Source: a virus (Duplodnaviria; Caudoviricetes). Taken from it: a DNA stretch of 53,703 bases. Location of the stretch: the IMG/VR virus record IMGVR_UViG_3300018939_000022, positions 1 to 53,703 of that record. One strand, 5' to 3'. Positions 10,130 through 19,899 of the stretch are shown here, one piece after another. The notes below the pieces were generated by a model. The model made no database searches, was not told the origin of the DNA, and worked only from the letters and a program-made list of their open reading frames with translations. Every line of letters starts with the position of its first letter. The first letter of the stretch is position 1. The position numbers were made by a program, and so were the translations under genes.

Positions 10130-10923
10130 CTTACGGCCCTCAACTGCCGCGTGACGTGCGCCGTGACGACCGGAGCTTTGTGGTGCGCCGGCACGACACC
10201 GCCCCGGTAGCCGCGCGCCCCGATCTTGAGCCGGTCGTAGAGCGCGGCCAGATCGAAGATCAGGACGTCCTGTTTGAGCGTGCCGCCGCTGGCGACCTTG
10301 GCGAACAGCGCCAGGAACTCGTTTGCGACCTTCGCATCCGCCTTCTTCAAGGTGTGGCGCGTCACCACCTCGCGGCCGTTGGAGAGGCAGCGCAGGCGCG
10401 TTCCGGCCAACCCCAAGGACTTCCACGAGACCTTGCCGCCCGCCTTCTCGTCTTCGAGGGTTTGCGTGTAGAGGATCGCGGAGTCAACGCAGTTGCGCTT
10501 CTCGTGCGCGCCGATCAGCATCTTCCAGTCGTCGGGCTTCTCGTCTTCGTCGCCCAAACCCTCGATGTCCGTCACCACGGCGTCGAACAGCCATTCGGCG
10601 GCGGCGAGCTGCGCCTCCTCGCGCGCGAGCACGGCCCCCTCGTCCGTTTCCGTCTCACGGACTTGGCTCAGGCGGCGGACGTATTCGCGGAGGTGGTGAT
10701 CGAAGGATTTCCCCTTGGCGCACGGCTCGAAGACCAACGTGACGGACACCGCGCCGTCTTCCGTGGCGAGGATGGCGGGGATGCGCTGGCGCTCCGTGGC
10801 GTCGTATTCGGCCGGGGCTTCCGACTCGGACTCATCCGAGACTTCGTCGGCCAGTTCTAGGGGTTCGGGTGGAGGTGGGGGCTGTGTTTCGAGAGGGGGA
10901 AGATCGAGTAGTTCCGTACTCAT
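10120..10923 (-). CDS. Tail assembly chaperone gpG-like
   Basis: AGGAG RBS before ATG 10923; ends gta agA AAA AAC tag. Confidence 0.8.
   Translation of the reverse strand: MSTELLDLPPLETQPPPPPEPLELADEVSDESESEAPAEYDATERQRIPAILATEDGAVSVTLVFEPCAKGKSFDHHLREYVRRLSQVRETETDEGAVLAREEAQLAAAEWLFDAVVTDIEGLGDEDEKPDDWKMLIGAHEKRNCVDSAILYTQTLEDEKAGGKVSWKSLGLAGTRLRCLSNGREVVTRHTLKKADAKVANEFLALFAKVASGGTLKQDVLIFDLAALYDRLKIGARGYRGGVVPAHHKAPVVTAHVTRQLRAVRKN
10123..10129 (-). other. Programmed -1 ribosomal frameshift heptamer A AAA AAC
   Basis: X XXY YYZ motif in the correct codon phase just before the gpG stop codon. Confidence 0.8.
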
Positions 10924-10958
10924 GCTGGCCGCTCCTAGCTTGAGGCAGCAGGCGCGGC

Positions 10959-11006
10959 AAAAACGAAAAGCCGCAACCTGAACCTTCAAAGGTCAAGTTG
11001 CGACTT
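10959..11006 (-). terminator. Intrinsic terminator downstream of the tail-region moron
   Basis: Minus-strand stem (AAGTCGCAACTTGA...TCAGGTTGCGGCTT) followed by a T-rich tract. Confidence 0.55.
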
Positions 11007-11075
11007 ACAGCACAGCTAAGAGGTCGCCCCGCGGTAAGGCACAGCCAAGAGCGCGGTAGTGCTATACTAACACAA

Positions 11076-11807
11076 CTAGAACGCGGCGGCGGCGTTATTT
11101 TGATCCAAGCTCAAAGAATTTTGCCCTCCCCTGATCTCCACTGGCACATTCCAGATCGCAAAGCCCCGCCGCGTACCCGACATGCCGTAAACCCAATAAC
11201 GCCCCGGCGGCACGTCCGCAAACTGCGCGCGGCCTTGAAAGTCTGTGGTCACAGAGAATTTGGTGTGTGTTCTGACGGCAAATTCGGCAGCTTCAATCTG
11301 TGCGTCGCGTGAGGTGGGGTAGCGCGACCTGATCGCGTAAGTTGATAGCACGCCGATCCCGCCGTCGGCGCGTAGGCCGGCTGCACTCATCAACTTCTCG
11401 GCATCTTCGTCTAACAGGTGGAACTCAGTACGGGCGACGGGTTGGTTCCCGCCCATCTTGTAGATGATGCCGGCCTCTATCAAGAGCGTGCCGGAGGTAG
11501 GCTGCGCGGCCGTTGTGGGTGCTAGAACTGCGGGCCTGTCACCGAAGGAAATCGCCTCTATGTTTTCAAGAGGCAGTGCGAGCGGGCTGCCGGCGACTTC
11601 AAGATGCAAAGTCTTCGCGTCGGCGCGAGAGAACGTGCCCGTGACAGTCTCGCCGCCTTTCAACGCGACGGTTACTTTGTGCGACGGCGCGGGTTGTTCG
11701 GCTACTTGAGGTTGGGGGCGGGACGGCACACGGCCGCGGGGCTGGCCCTGCGCGAAACTGTGAATAGAGAGAACGGTTGTGAAAGCCGCGGCGAGTAGAT
11801 ATTTCAT
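11076..11807 (-). CDS. Secreted hypothetical protein (moron)
   Basis: Signal peptide MKYLLAAAFTTVLSIHSFA; Sm-like segment; C-terminal prealbumin-like motif TTDFQGRAQFADVPPGRY. Confidence 0.8.
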   Translation of the reverse strand: MKYLLAAAFTTVLSIHSFAQGQPRGRVPSRPQPQVAEQPAPSHKVTVALKGGETVTGTFSRADAKTLHLEVAGSPLALPLENIEAISFGDRPAVLAPTTAAQPTSGTLLIEAGIIYKMGGNQPVARTEFHLLDEDAEKLMSAAGLRADGGIGVLSTYAIRSRYPTSRDAQIEAAEFAVRTHTKFSVTTDFQGRAQFADVPPGRYWVYGMSGTRRGFAIWNVPVEIRGGQNSLSLDQNNAAAAF

Positions 11808-11816
11808 GGCGCGAGG

Positions 11817-12929
11817 TTACTCCTGATCTGATTCCGATGCTGACTCCGAGGATGGCAACTCCTTTTTCCCGGCTGCGCGCTCATAGAACGCAAGTAAACG
11901 CTTCATCTTGTCACCGTATTTGTAGATGTCGTTTAGAGAATCAATCGGTATCCGCTCCTCTTTCTTATTCTCATCGAAGATGCCAATCTGCTTGCGCGCC
12001 CGGTTGAAATGCAGGCGGGCTATCGGCTTGCGGTTGTTGTCGTCTAAGAGGATGCCCATGTAACTCTGCGTGTCGCGGTGGGCGATCCTGTCAGGATCGA
12101 CCTGCTCGCGCAAGATCGACTTGACGATGTAAAAGCCCTCCAACTCCTCCTCAGTGGTTACTACCAGCCCCCCGGCCTCTTCTGACTCTAGATCGTCCGA
12201 GACAGTCGGCGCGGCGTGTCCTGACATCGCAGACTTGAGCCTATAATCGATGCGTTCGTTGATGAGCTGATGGAAGCTCCGCGCCGTGATCTGTGCGAAG
12301 TATTCCCGCCGTCCTTGGGTTAGCGCGCCGTTGAACACCTTAGAGGCGCAGAACTTCACGAATTCGTCTGAGGGGTGCTCAAGTTGTTCGGCCAGCAGCC
12401 GCTTGATCTCGCGCGTGTACTTGAGATCGCCTGCCGTGGTCATCATCTCGTCCAAGTTGAAGGCGGGCTTGGTCAGCTTCTTTAACTCGCCAACGACCGT
12501 CTCGTTCAGGTCAAGCATATCGACCTCAAGGAATGGCTTCTCGTCCATCTTGTTCGGGGCTTCCAGATCGGTGAAGAAGCGGTACACCACGCCGTTCGTG
12601 AGCACCCCGATCTTGGCCTCGGTCGTCGCGAAGTAGCGGAACAGTTGTGAGGCGTGTTTGATATTGAGGTCTGCGCCACAATGCTTGACCTCGAATAGCA
12701 TTATGATTTGACCCTCTTTTTTAATCGCATAATCGACCTTCTCGCCTTTCTTGATGCCCACGTCCGCGATGAACTCCGGCACGACTTCCGTGGGGTCGAA
12801 GATGTCGTAGCCGAGAATCTGGATGAAGGGCATGACGAGGGCGTTCTTGGTCGCCTCTTCCGTCTGTAGCAGATCGCACAGCGCGGGAACTTTCGCGGCC
12901 AACGCTTTGAGGTGATCGATGAAGTCCAT
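11817..12929 (-). CDS. HsdR N-terminal-like (PD-(D/E)XK) restriction endonuclease family protein
   Basis: TEEATKNALVMPFIQILGYD...EKVDYAI...FEVK...QLFRYF...LTNG motifs typical of the prophage-associated HSDR_N family. Confidence 0.85.
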   Translation of the reverse strand: MDFIDHLKALAAKVPALCDLLQTEEATKNALVMPFIQILGYDIFDPTEVVPEFIADVGIKKGEKVDYAIKKEGQIIMLFEVKHCGADLNIKHASQLFRYFATTEAKIGVLTNGVVYRFFTDLEAPNKMDEKPFLEVDMLDLNETVVGELKKLTKPAFNLDEMMTTAGDLKYTREIKRLLAEQLEHPSDEFVKFCASKVFNGALTQGRREYFAQITARSFHQLINERIDYRLKSAMSGHAAPTVSDDLESEEAGGLVVTTEEELEGFYIVKSILREQVDPDRIAHRDTQSYMGILLDDNNRKPIARLHFNRARKQIGIFDENKKEERIPIDSLNDIYKYGDKMKRLLAFYERAAGKKELPSSESASESDQE

Positions 12930-13081
12930 CTTGTCCGCCTATCGTGAGTGAGATCGGAACGAGCCGGGGCGTGGATGCTACCAGATCGTGCTATAATCCT
13001 GCAAAAGAAATGCTCCCGCGCCGTGCCACCGGCCGAGAGCGTGGACGAACCGATTCCGGGTTAAAGAAGATCGATCCGACG

Positions 13082-14362
13082 ATGGATAGCTTATCACAAC
13101 CCATCACTGCACACCCTTCCCCTCTAACAGCGGCAAACTGTGAACAATGCGGGAAACCCTTCAAACCGCAGCCGCGTGGTAAGACTCGCGCACCCGCGCG
13201 CTTCTGCTCGCGGGCTTGTTACTACGCCGCAACGCCTCGCAGCCGCGAGATAAAAACTTGCCTAAAGTGCCAAGGGGAGTTTGAAGTTAAACAGAGTCAT
13301 GCCGAACGAAGGCGTTACTGCTCCTATGCATGCATGGGGGCGGCCTACAAAGAACAAACTGGCGCGGCTAACCACAACTTTAGAGGCCGCAAGCAGGAAT
13401 ACACTTGCGCGGCCTGCGGAGAGGTGTTCCAAAGCTATCCGTCCAGAAGTAAGAACCTTCGATTCTGTAGCCGTGAGTGCAGGGGGGCGGGAATAACTCT
13501 CACCTGTCAAGGCTGCGGCGTCATATACCGCAAGCCGCCCTCACGATCCGGTTCGCGCTATTGTAGTCAAACTTGCAAGCATAAGTTCGCGCGCACCAGT
13601 GCACCCTCTACCCCTCGAACAAAAGCCTGCGCACGTTGCGGAAAGTGCTTTCACGTTCCGCCCTCAGAATTTGCTAAGACTAAGTTTTGTTCTCACGCCT
13701 GCGCCTACCCACCCCGAACTATAAATTGTGAAACGTGCGGTAAGTTAATCAATCGGCCACGCCTCGCTCAAAGGTATTGCAATCGGGCTTGCGTGCCGAT
13801 CCGAAGTTTTGAGCGACCCTGCGATAGATGTGGGGAGTCATTTTTAGTGGAACCTTCGCAAGCTAATACTGCTCGGTTTTGTAGTCGAGATTGCCAAAAC
13901 CAACGAATATTAAAAGACTGTGCCTTTTGCGGGGCGATTATGGAAGTTGTTCCGACACGAGCTGATGTGCAGAGATTTTGCGATCTGAAATGCTATGCCA
14001 AATGGCAAAGCGTTTATAAAGTTGGCGAGAACAGCCCCTCTTGGACTGGCGGGAAGCGGGCTGCTTGGGCTAGAAGCCGCGTGCGACGTGGCGCGGCTAT
14101 AAAGGCAACAATCACTGAGAACATCAGTCGCACCCATGTGATATTAACTTACGGACACCACTGTTACATTTGCAATCGCGCCCTTACGCGAAGGGAAATA
14201 TCAATTGATCATGTAATCCCCCTATCTCGCGGGGGTAGCCACACCTTAGATAATCTTCGGGTATGCTGTAAGTCATGCAATTCTCGAAAGTACAATAGGT
14301 TACTCTCTGAGTTCGTCTCCCTACTCCCACTCGACTACTTCGCCCGCCGCGTCACCTCTTAG
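13082..14362 (+). CDS. HNH endonuclease with eight N-terminal CxxC...CxxxC zinc-finger repeats
   Basis: Eight repeats, then CYIC...DHVIPLSRGGSHTLDNLRVCCKSCNSRK; visibly more AT-rich; TGCTATAAT at 12989-12997. Confidence 0.9.
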   Translation: MDSLSQPITAHPSPLTAANCEQCGKPFKPQPRGKTRAPARFCSRACYYAATPRSREIKTCLKCQGEFEVKQSHAERRRYCSYACMGAAYKEQTGAANHNFRGRKQEYTCAACGEVFQSYPSRSKNLRFCSRECRGAGITLTCQGCGVIYRKPPSRSGSRYCSQTCKHKFARTSAPSTPRTKACARCGKCFHVPPSEFAKTKFCSHACAYPPRTINCETCGKLINRPRLAQRYCNRACVPIRSFERPCDRCGESFLVEPSQANTARFCSRDCQNQRILKDCAFCGAIMEVVPTRADVQRFCDLKCYAKWQSVYKVGENSPSWTGGKRAAWARSRVRRGAAIKATITENISRTHVILTYGHHCYICNRALTRREISIDHVIPLSRGGSHTLDNLRVCCKSCNSRKYNRLLSEFVSLLPLDYFARRVTS

Positions 14363-14570
14363 GCTCGACCGTGCACTCGGCGGCGATGTCGGCAATGGGC
14401 GGAAGCTCGTAGCCCGGTTGGGGCGTCAGTACCCACTTCACTTCAACGACTCGGCCCTTGCCGTGCTTCTGTAGCATGTAGTGGCTGACTGCTTCCATGA
14501 GTTCGTTAGAGTCTAGGGTGAACACTTCCACTGCGTGCCCCCCTTCGTGCCCGTTGCCACTTTCGCTCAT
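14352..14570 (-). CDS. Hypothetical protein
   Basis: Small ORF in late-operon orientation. Confidence 0.45.
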   Translation of the reverse strand: MSESGNGHEGGHAVEVFTLDSNELMEAVSHYMLQKHGKGRVVEVKWVLTPQPGYELPPIADIAAECTVEPKR

Positions 14571-14627
14571 GGCGCACAGGATAATTCTACCCAAACGGAA
14601 AGGGCAAGGGGCGGGCTACGCGAGGCG

Positions 14628-15227
14628 TCACAGCGGCCCCGCGTACTGCCGCATCAGCACGGGGAAATTATGCCGGTTGTACCCCTGCCTCTCGACTTCA
14701 AACCTCTTCTGATCAAACCTCACTTTATGCCATGTCTCGTCAACCGGGTCGAAAAGGAAAAAGGGTAAATGTAGCCTGTGGTGGGCGCGGAATGCATTGA
14801 ACTCTTCCCAATCAATCAGACTGCGGTTGACGGGCGCGGCTTCAAACCCGACAACGGCCGAGGAGTTTTTATACCTCACATTCGCCGTCACGCCGTCCTC
14901 GGCCAAGCTGACTAAAGCCGCCTCTTCATCGATCCTCTTGAAGCCCCAATTTAAAATTGTCGGAAACGTTCCGTAAACCGTGAGCGGGGCCGTGTCCTCT
15001 GCCGACCCCGCGTCCGTCGCCGTCACAGTCACCTGCCTGAACTCGTTCGCCACTTCGAGGTAAACGACCGTGAGGAAGTCCGTGCCGTTATAGACCGTGC
15101 GGGGGCTGTCGTCGGAGAGCAGCGTGCCGGAGTTGGCCGACCACACGGCGGGCACGTCCGAGGTGAACTGCGGGATCGGAATCTCGCCGTAGCGATGAAT
15201 ACTCTTGTTGGCGGTGATGTTCGGCAT
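14628..15227 (-). CDS. Minor tail protein (distal-tail / gpM-like C-terminus)
   Basis: Tail module position; aromatic-rich C-terminus resembling minor tail proteins. Confidence 0.55.
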   Translation of the reverse strand: MPNITANKSIHRYGEIPIPQFTSDVPAVWSANSGTLLSDDSPRTVYNGTDFLTVVYLEVANEFRQVTVTATDAGSAEDTAPLTVYGTFPTILNWGFKRIDEEAALVSLAEDGVTANVRYKNSSAVVGFEAAPVNRSLIDWEEFNAFRAHHRLHLPFFLFDPVDETWHKVRFDQKRFEVERQGYNRHNFPVLMRQYAGPL

Positions 15228-15230
15228 CTT

Positions 15231-15267
15231 AAAAAACAGGGGCAGGGCACGTCCGGCCCCGCCCCGT
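15231..15267 (-). terminator. Intrinsic terminator
   Basis: GGGGCGGGGC-loop-GCCCTGCCCC then TGTTTTTT on the minus strand. Confidence 0.65.
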
Positions 15268-15294
15268 TAAATCAACCTCACACGAAAGACAGTT

Positions 15295-15792
15295 TTACGG
15301 CGTGTCGGCCTTCGGGCGGCGGGGCGTTTTGGCGGGCTGCGGGGTGGGCGGTGAAGAACTTTCGCCGCTCGTCCTGGCATCGGCCAAAGGCGGCTCTGCG
15401 GAAGTGCCAGCCGTGGCGTCCGCAGTCGCGCTGGCGTCGGCCGTCCCGCCGTCTGCGGCTTCACCCGATGCCGACCCTTCGCCCGCCTCTTCGGCTTCGG
15501 GCGCGGGCATGATGACCACGCCCCCCTCGCCGGCCGTGACGCGGAACGTAGCAGGCATATTTGCGGCAGCGTCGGCCGTCGTGGCTTCCGCCCGCGCCCG
15601 CCTCTCCCTGTCCCGCTTGCGGTCGGCACGCGCCTCGGCCTCGCGCAAGTCGTGCAGGGTGACGCCTTCGGCGACTTCGATCTCGCGCGCCGGGCGGCGG
15701 CCCGCCTCCCTCCGCACCCGCGCCAGATGGTCGGCGCTAACGGTGAACTCTTTCGGCGCGACTTCCCTCTCCACCTCTTTGGACATCAGCAC
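15295..15792 (-). CDS. Hypothetical Ala/Glu-rich virion-module protein
   Basis: Directly downstream of the tail tube gene with an RBS. Confidence 0.6.
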   Translation of the reverse strand: MLMSKEVEREVAPKEFTVSADHLARVRREAGRRPAREIEVAEGVTLHDLREAEARADRKRDRERRARAEATTADAAANMPATFRVTAGEGGVVIMPAPEAEEAGEGSASGEAADGGTADASATADATAGTSAEPPLADARTSGESSSPPTPQPAKTPRRPKADTP

Positions 15793-15798
15793 ACCCCT

Positions 15799-16872
15799 TT
15801 AGTTGAAGGTCACGCCGCCGTCGTTGCGGACGCGGAACAGGAAGCGCCGGCCCGTGACGGGGTCGGGCTTGACGAAGAAATCGAGGTTGAGCGTGGCGAA
15901 GCCGTTGAAGTTGCCGCGGCCGATGGTGCGGAGCTGCACTAGCGGCGCGACGACCTCGAGCTCGTGGTAGTGAGTCGCCGTGATCTTGTCGCCCCGGAAC
16001 AAATAGGTGAGGTTCGCCAGGGGCGTGCGGTTCAGTATGTAGCTGAGTTCATCGAAGTCGGTGTCGTCGCCGTAAATCTGGATTCCCGCCTCGAATCCGC
16101 GCGGCCCGCGGTTGGCGTACTTCGAGATCGTCCCCGTCGCGTAGTCGTTGTCGGCGAAAGGCGTGTCGCCGGGCAGGGTCGGCACGTCTATGTTGTTCGT
16201 GAAGTAAGCCCGGCCTGAGATCAGCCGTCCGGTCGCGGCGTAGTCGCGCGGAACGCCGTCGTTGAAGGTCACGCGACAGCCCGCCGGGTGCATGTACTCG
16301 TATTCTTCGGCTTCGGGCATCGTGAAGCCGCCGACGATGTCGCCCAGGGGTACGAAGCCCCCAAGGTTGATCAACTCGGACTCGAAGCGCACGGGGTCGC
16401 CGCCCGAAAAGATCAGCCCGAAGGAGTTGACGAGCATGGAGGGCCAGAGGAAGCGGCGGCCCCCGTCCTCCGAAACCATCGTCGTGGCGACCGGCGTAGT
16501 GCCTTCGGACTTCTTCTGCATCCCGGCCGAGGCGTCCCACACGGCCCCGGCGGAGACCACCGCGTTCGTCACCGTGCCGCCCGCGCCGCGCAGTAGCAGC
16601 CGGGCCGCCATCTGTGTGTTCGCCTTGCCGCTAACGGGGATGCGAAAAGGGGGCCAACGGTGGAGGCGCAGTTCCGTCCCGGCCCTGTCCTCATCGCCCG
16701 CGCCGATCTGATCGGAGTCGTCGATGTATTCGGGGGTGGGGACGGGGAAAGGCGCGTTGTCCATCCGCGCGCCGAGGAAGTCGGCGTCGTCCCTGGAGTA
16801 GGTAGCGAGGTCGGTTTGCCGATCTTCGGAGATCGCCACGGTCACTGTGGTGTCTAGGTATTTATCGCCCAT
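15799..16872 (-). CDS. Major tail tube protein
   Basis: 357 aa, beta-rich, follows the head-tail joining genes. Confidence 0.75.
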   Translation of the reverse strand: MGDKYLDTTVTVAISEDRQTDLATYSRDDADFLGARMDNAPFPVPTPEYIDDSDQIGAGDEDRAGTELRLHRWPPFRIPVSGKANTQMAARLLLRGAGGTVTNAVVSAGAVWDASAGMQKKSEGTTPVATTMVSEDGGRRFLWPSMLVNSFGLIFSGGDPVRFESELINLGGFVPLGDIVGGFTMPEAEEYEYMHPAGCRVTFNDGVPRDYAATGRLISGRAYFTNNIDVPTLPGDTPFADNDYATGTISKYANRGPRGFEAGIQIYGDDTDFDELSYILNRTPLANLTYLFRGDKITATHYHELEVVAPLVQLRTIGRGNFNGFATLNLDFFVKPDPVTGRRFLFRVRNDGGVTFN

Positions 16873-16887
16873 CCTGATCTCCTCACT

Positions 16888-17433
16888 TCATCCCGTGTGC
16901 AACGGGTGCAGCCCGACCACCAGTTCGCCGCGCCCCCGGTGGATGACGCTCTCTCCCATGCGCCCCAACGCGACCCTCATGTGCAAGTTGTAGTGGCGAC
17001 CGATCTTCCCTATCCCGGTGAAATCGGGGTCTGAGGCCAGCGCCCACTGCACCCGCATGATTTCATCTCTCAGCCGCGCCTCCGATCCGCCCCCCTCGCC
17101 GTAGTCGTGCGAATAAAAGACCTGCACCTGATAGGTGAGTTTGGTCTGGAGGTCGTGAACGCCCGTATCCTTCTCCGGCTCGGCCCCGGCGAACGTGACG
17201 ACCCACGCGTGGATGCGCTTGTCGTCGTTCTCGTCCTTGTCGGCGTCCGAGAGGAGCGAGGCCGCCCACCGCGCCTCGTCCAAGTTCACCGGGTCTTGCG
17301 TGAGCACCTTCGCCAGAACCACGTCCGGCGCTTCCCCCTCACCTTCGACCGTGACGGCCGCCTCGATGATCTCGGCGATGCGCCCTTGCACGTCCGCCGC
17401 GAGTTTGGGGTATGCGTCGGCGTCGAACGGCAT
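16888..17433 (-). CDS. Tail terminator/completion protein
   Basis: Synteny, 181 aa. Confidence 0.6.
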   Translation of the reverse strand: MPFDADAYPKLAADVQGRIAEIIEAAVTVEGEGEAPDVVLAKVLTQDPVNLDEARWAASLLSDADKDENDDKRIHAWVVTFAGAEPEKDTGVHDLQTKLTYQVQVFYSHDYGEGGGSEARLRDEIMRVQWALASDPDFTGIGKIGRHYNLHMRVALGRMGESVIHRGRGELVVGLHPLHTG

Positions 17434-17795
17434 CAGCCCTCAACCTTCTGCCCGGCCCCGTCCAAGGCGGCCCGTATGTCGGGGTCGGCCTTCCGCAAGC
17501 CTTCCTCGGCCGCGCGCCGGCCGACGTAGTCGTAGTTGCCGCCGCGCCCGCGCTTGATCCAGCCTGAGTAGTGCACGCTATCAATGGTTGCCGTCGCCCC
17601 GTCGCCCGTCACGGTAAACTCGGCCAGCCCTACGGATTCCAGATATGTGCCCGTGCGGATGACGCGCAAATCACGGATTCCGCCCTGCCACCCGTGCTCG
17701 ACCGCCGGGACAACCTCATCGCGCAGCCACGCCGGGCTGAAAGCGGCGAGGATGTCCGGGCCGATGCGATCCGTGTTCTGGGTAATCTGGCTCAC
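17433..17795 (-). CDS. Neck protein (HK97 gp10-like)
   Basis: RTGTYLES motif, synteny, coupled stop/start. Confidence 0.6.
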   Translation of the reverse strand: MSQITQNTDRIGPDILAAFSPAWLRDEVVPAVEHGWQGGIRDLRVIRTGTYLESVGLAEFTVTGDGATATIDSVHYSGWIKRGRGGNYDYVGRRAAEEGLRKADPDIRAALDGAGQKVEG

Positions 17796-18172
17796 GGTTC
17801 AGGTTCGGGGTCGGGCGGGAAGTGGCGCTTACCCGTCGGCAAGACAAACGCGCGATAAAACTGCTCGTCTGCCGCCGGCCGCGTTGAATCGTCCTGCACG
17901 GCGAGCAGTTGGTTGTTCCACACGCCGTCGTCTGAGTTTGTGATGAGCAGGTACGCCACCTCGGCGAGGCCATCGGCGAGGCCAGCGATCTCGATGTACG
18001 CGCCGGGGGCGACCCGGTTGGCGTGCGGCGGGCCGAAACCCGACGCCAGCGTGTCAATGATCGTCTTGTCGGATTTCAGGAGGTGTAGCCGCGCGTCCTC
18101 ACCTAACAGCACCTTCCGTTCGGCGTCGAAGCCGCGCGCGTAAGCCTTCGAGATTTGCGCTACCGCACTCAA
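17792..18172 (-). CDS. Head-tail adaptor/stopper
   Basis: Synteny, overlapping stop/start. Confidence 0.55.
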   Translation of the reverse strand: MSAVAQISKAYARGFDAERKVLLGEDARLHLLKSDKTIIDTLASGFGPPHANRVAPGAYIEIAGLADGLAEVAYLLITNSDDGVWNNQLLAVQDDSTRPAADEQFYRAFVLPTGKRHFPPDPEPEP

Positions 18173-18516
18173 AAGTAAGTCACCGCCGGCACGCTGTAAG
18201 ACCCGCGCGCGTCGCCGACGACTTCCGCGCCAACCGCCCCGGTCAGGCCGTAGCGGGTGCGGACGCGGTAGCGGACTTCGGCGCGCAGATCGGAGGCTTT
18301 CATCTTCACCTTGCCGTCAAGGTCGGCGTGGTTGCCCCGCACGTCCGCGTTCCATTCCTCAATGTCCGCGAGCGTGGCCGCCCACTTCGCGTCTGCCTCC
18401 CCTTGCGTCGCCCCGCCCGAAATCAGCCCGGCGACGAGGGAATAGGAGTTCTCCCCCATCACCTCGCGGGCGAGTTCGATCTGGGCCGGGGTCAGCGTCT
18501 GTGTGGGCGTGGGCAC
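18169..18516 (-). CDS. Head-tail connector
   Basis: Synteny after the capsid gene. Confidence 0.55.
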   Translation of the reverse strand: MPTPTQTLTPAQIELAREVMGENSYSLVAGLISGGATQGEADAKWAATLADIEEWNADVRGNHADLDGKVKMKASDLRAEVRYRVRTRYGLTGAVGAEVVGDARGSYSVPAVTYF

Positions 18517-18519
18517 GGG

Positions 18520-18813
18520 CTACCCCTTCACTTCTGCCTTCTTTGCGGCCTTCTTCGTCGCGCTGTTGTTCGCCTCTTCGTGGGCCTCGCCAGCCGCCTC
18601 GAACTCCCCTTCCCGGCCCTTAGCCCCGTAGGGGGCGACGCCGAAGCCGGTGATTGCCCCGCGCTCCGCGAGGCGGTCGCGCTGCGCCTTCGGCAGCTTC
18701 GAGACCTCGTCCTCGTCCGTCAGCGTGCGGGGCCGCCCCGTGATCCGGCCCTGTTCGTTTCGGACGGCGGGGACTCGCACCCCGCGCGTTACTTCTCTAG
18801 GGTCTTTCGGCAT
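18520..18813 (-). CDS. Small head-module protein
   Basis: GGAGGAG RBS, directly after the major capsid gene. Confidence 0.65.
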   Translation of the reverse strand: MPKDPREVTRGVRVPAVRNEQGRITGRPRTLTDEDEVSKLPKAQRDRLAERGAITGFGVAPYGAKGREGEFEAAGEAHEEANNSATKKAAKKAEVKG

Positions 18814-18824
18814 GACTCCTCCCG

Positions 18825-19874
18825 TTACACGCCTGCGTCAATGACCCAAACCCGCTGCTCGTCGGGGATGGGCATGGCGTTCAGTTGCGCCTCGATCCGA
18901 AGCTCGCGGCCCGTGATCTCCTCGTCGTAGAAGACCGTCACGCCCCGCGTGTCGATGCCGGCCTGCGGGAACTGGCGAACCAAGTCGTAGGCGCGCAGCA
19001 CGGGGACGAAGGCCGATGAGCCGATCCGGTTGTCCGCAGGCACGAAGGCGACGTTGCCGGCCTCAAACACCTTCGTCGAAGAGGTGGCCGTGCCGCCGTC
19101 CGTCGGCAGATCGACCGTGTCCTCGATGACGATGAACTCGAAGGGCGCACCGAGGTCGTCCTGCACGCGCTCGGCCAACTGCGCCCGCGTCATCTGCACG
19201 CCGTTGGCGAGGTCGGGCGCGTCGGCTTGGATCGCGCGCAGCGTGGCGAGGCGCAGCGCGACGCCGCGGCCCGCGCCGACCGCTTCGAGGCCGTCCTCGT
19301 ACCACGCGACCAGCTCGTCGTAGGCATTCACCCCGGCGTCGTCCCAGGCGGTCAAGGCCGTCGTGATGCGCGACGAGTCGATGCCGAACGAGGCGGCGAA
19401 GGTCTCGCCCGTCTGCGGGTGGCGCTGGGTGATTGAGCCGTTCAGCCACGCCTCGAACATGTCGAGTTCCAGCCGTCGGTAGTCCCCCAAGGCCATCTGA
19501 TCGACGCGAGAGGGGATGTCAACGGCCATCTCGCCCGCGACCAAAGCCTGATCGCCGTTGAAGCGCATCATCAGCTTCTGCATCTCCTCCTCGCCGATCA
19601 GGTCGTACATCTCAATCGGCACGATCTTGATCTGCCGGCGGGGCGGGATGCGCTTCGGGAGCAGTCGGCCGCGCTGGTTCCACTCGCGGCGGTCAGCCAC
19701 GGGGCGGAAGTCGAGCGTCGTCACGTCGTCCAAGGTCGTCGAGTTCACGTCCCGGCGGGGCATGAACCCGTTCCAGTAGAGCCGCCCCTGATCGGTGACG
19801 CTCTGCGCCTGAGCGCGCACCGTCAGCACGGCCGGGGACAGGTCTTCGATCTCCTCAATCCATGTCTTCGGCAT
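18825..19874 (-). CDS. Major capsid protein (lambda gpE-like)
   Basis: 349 aa; size, position and gpE-like segments. Confidence 0.85.
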   Translation of the reverse strand: MPKTWIEEIEDLSPAVLTVRAQAQSVTDQGRLYWNGFMPRRDVNSTTLDDVTTLDFRPVADRREWNQRGRLLPKRIPPRRQIKIVPIEMYDLIGEEEMQKLMMRFNGDQALVAGEMAVDIPSRVDQMALGDYRRLELDMFEAWLNGSITQRHPQTGETFAASFGIDSSRITTALTAWDDAGVNAYDELVAWYEDGLEAVGAGRGVALRLATLRAIQADAPDLANGVQMTRAQLAERVQDDLGAPFEFIVIEDTVDLPTDGGTATSSTKVFEAGNVAFVPADNRIGSSAFVPVLRAYDLVRQFPQAGIDTRGVTVFYDEEITGRELRIEAQLNAMPIPDEQRVWVIDAGV

Positions 19875-19899
19875 GGCCTTATCTCCTCGGTAGCCCGGC

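Noticed and set aside
13130-14000. Repeats considered as a CRISPR array or DGR template
   Set aside because: They are protein-level zinc-finger repeats; no nucleotide repeat-spacer array, cas gene or reverse transcriptase was seen in the window
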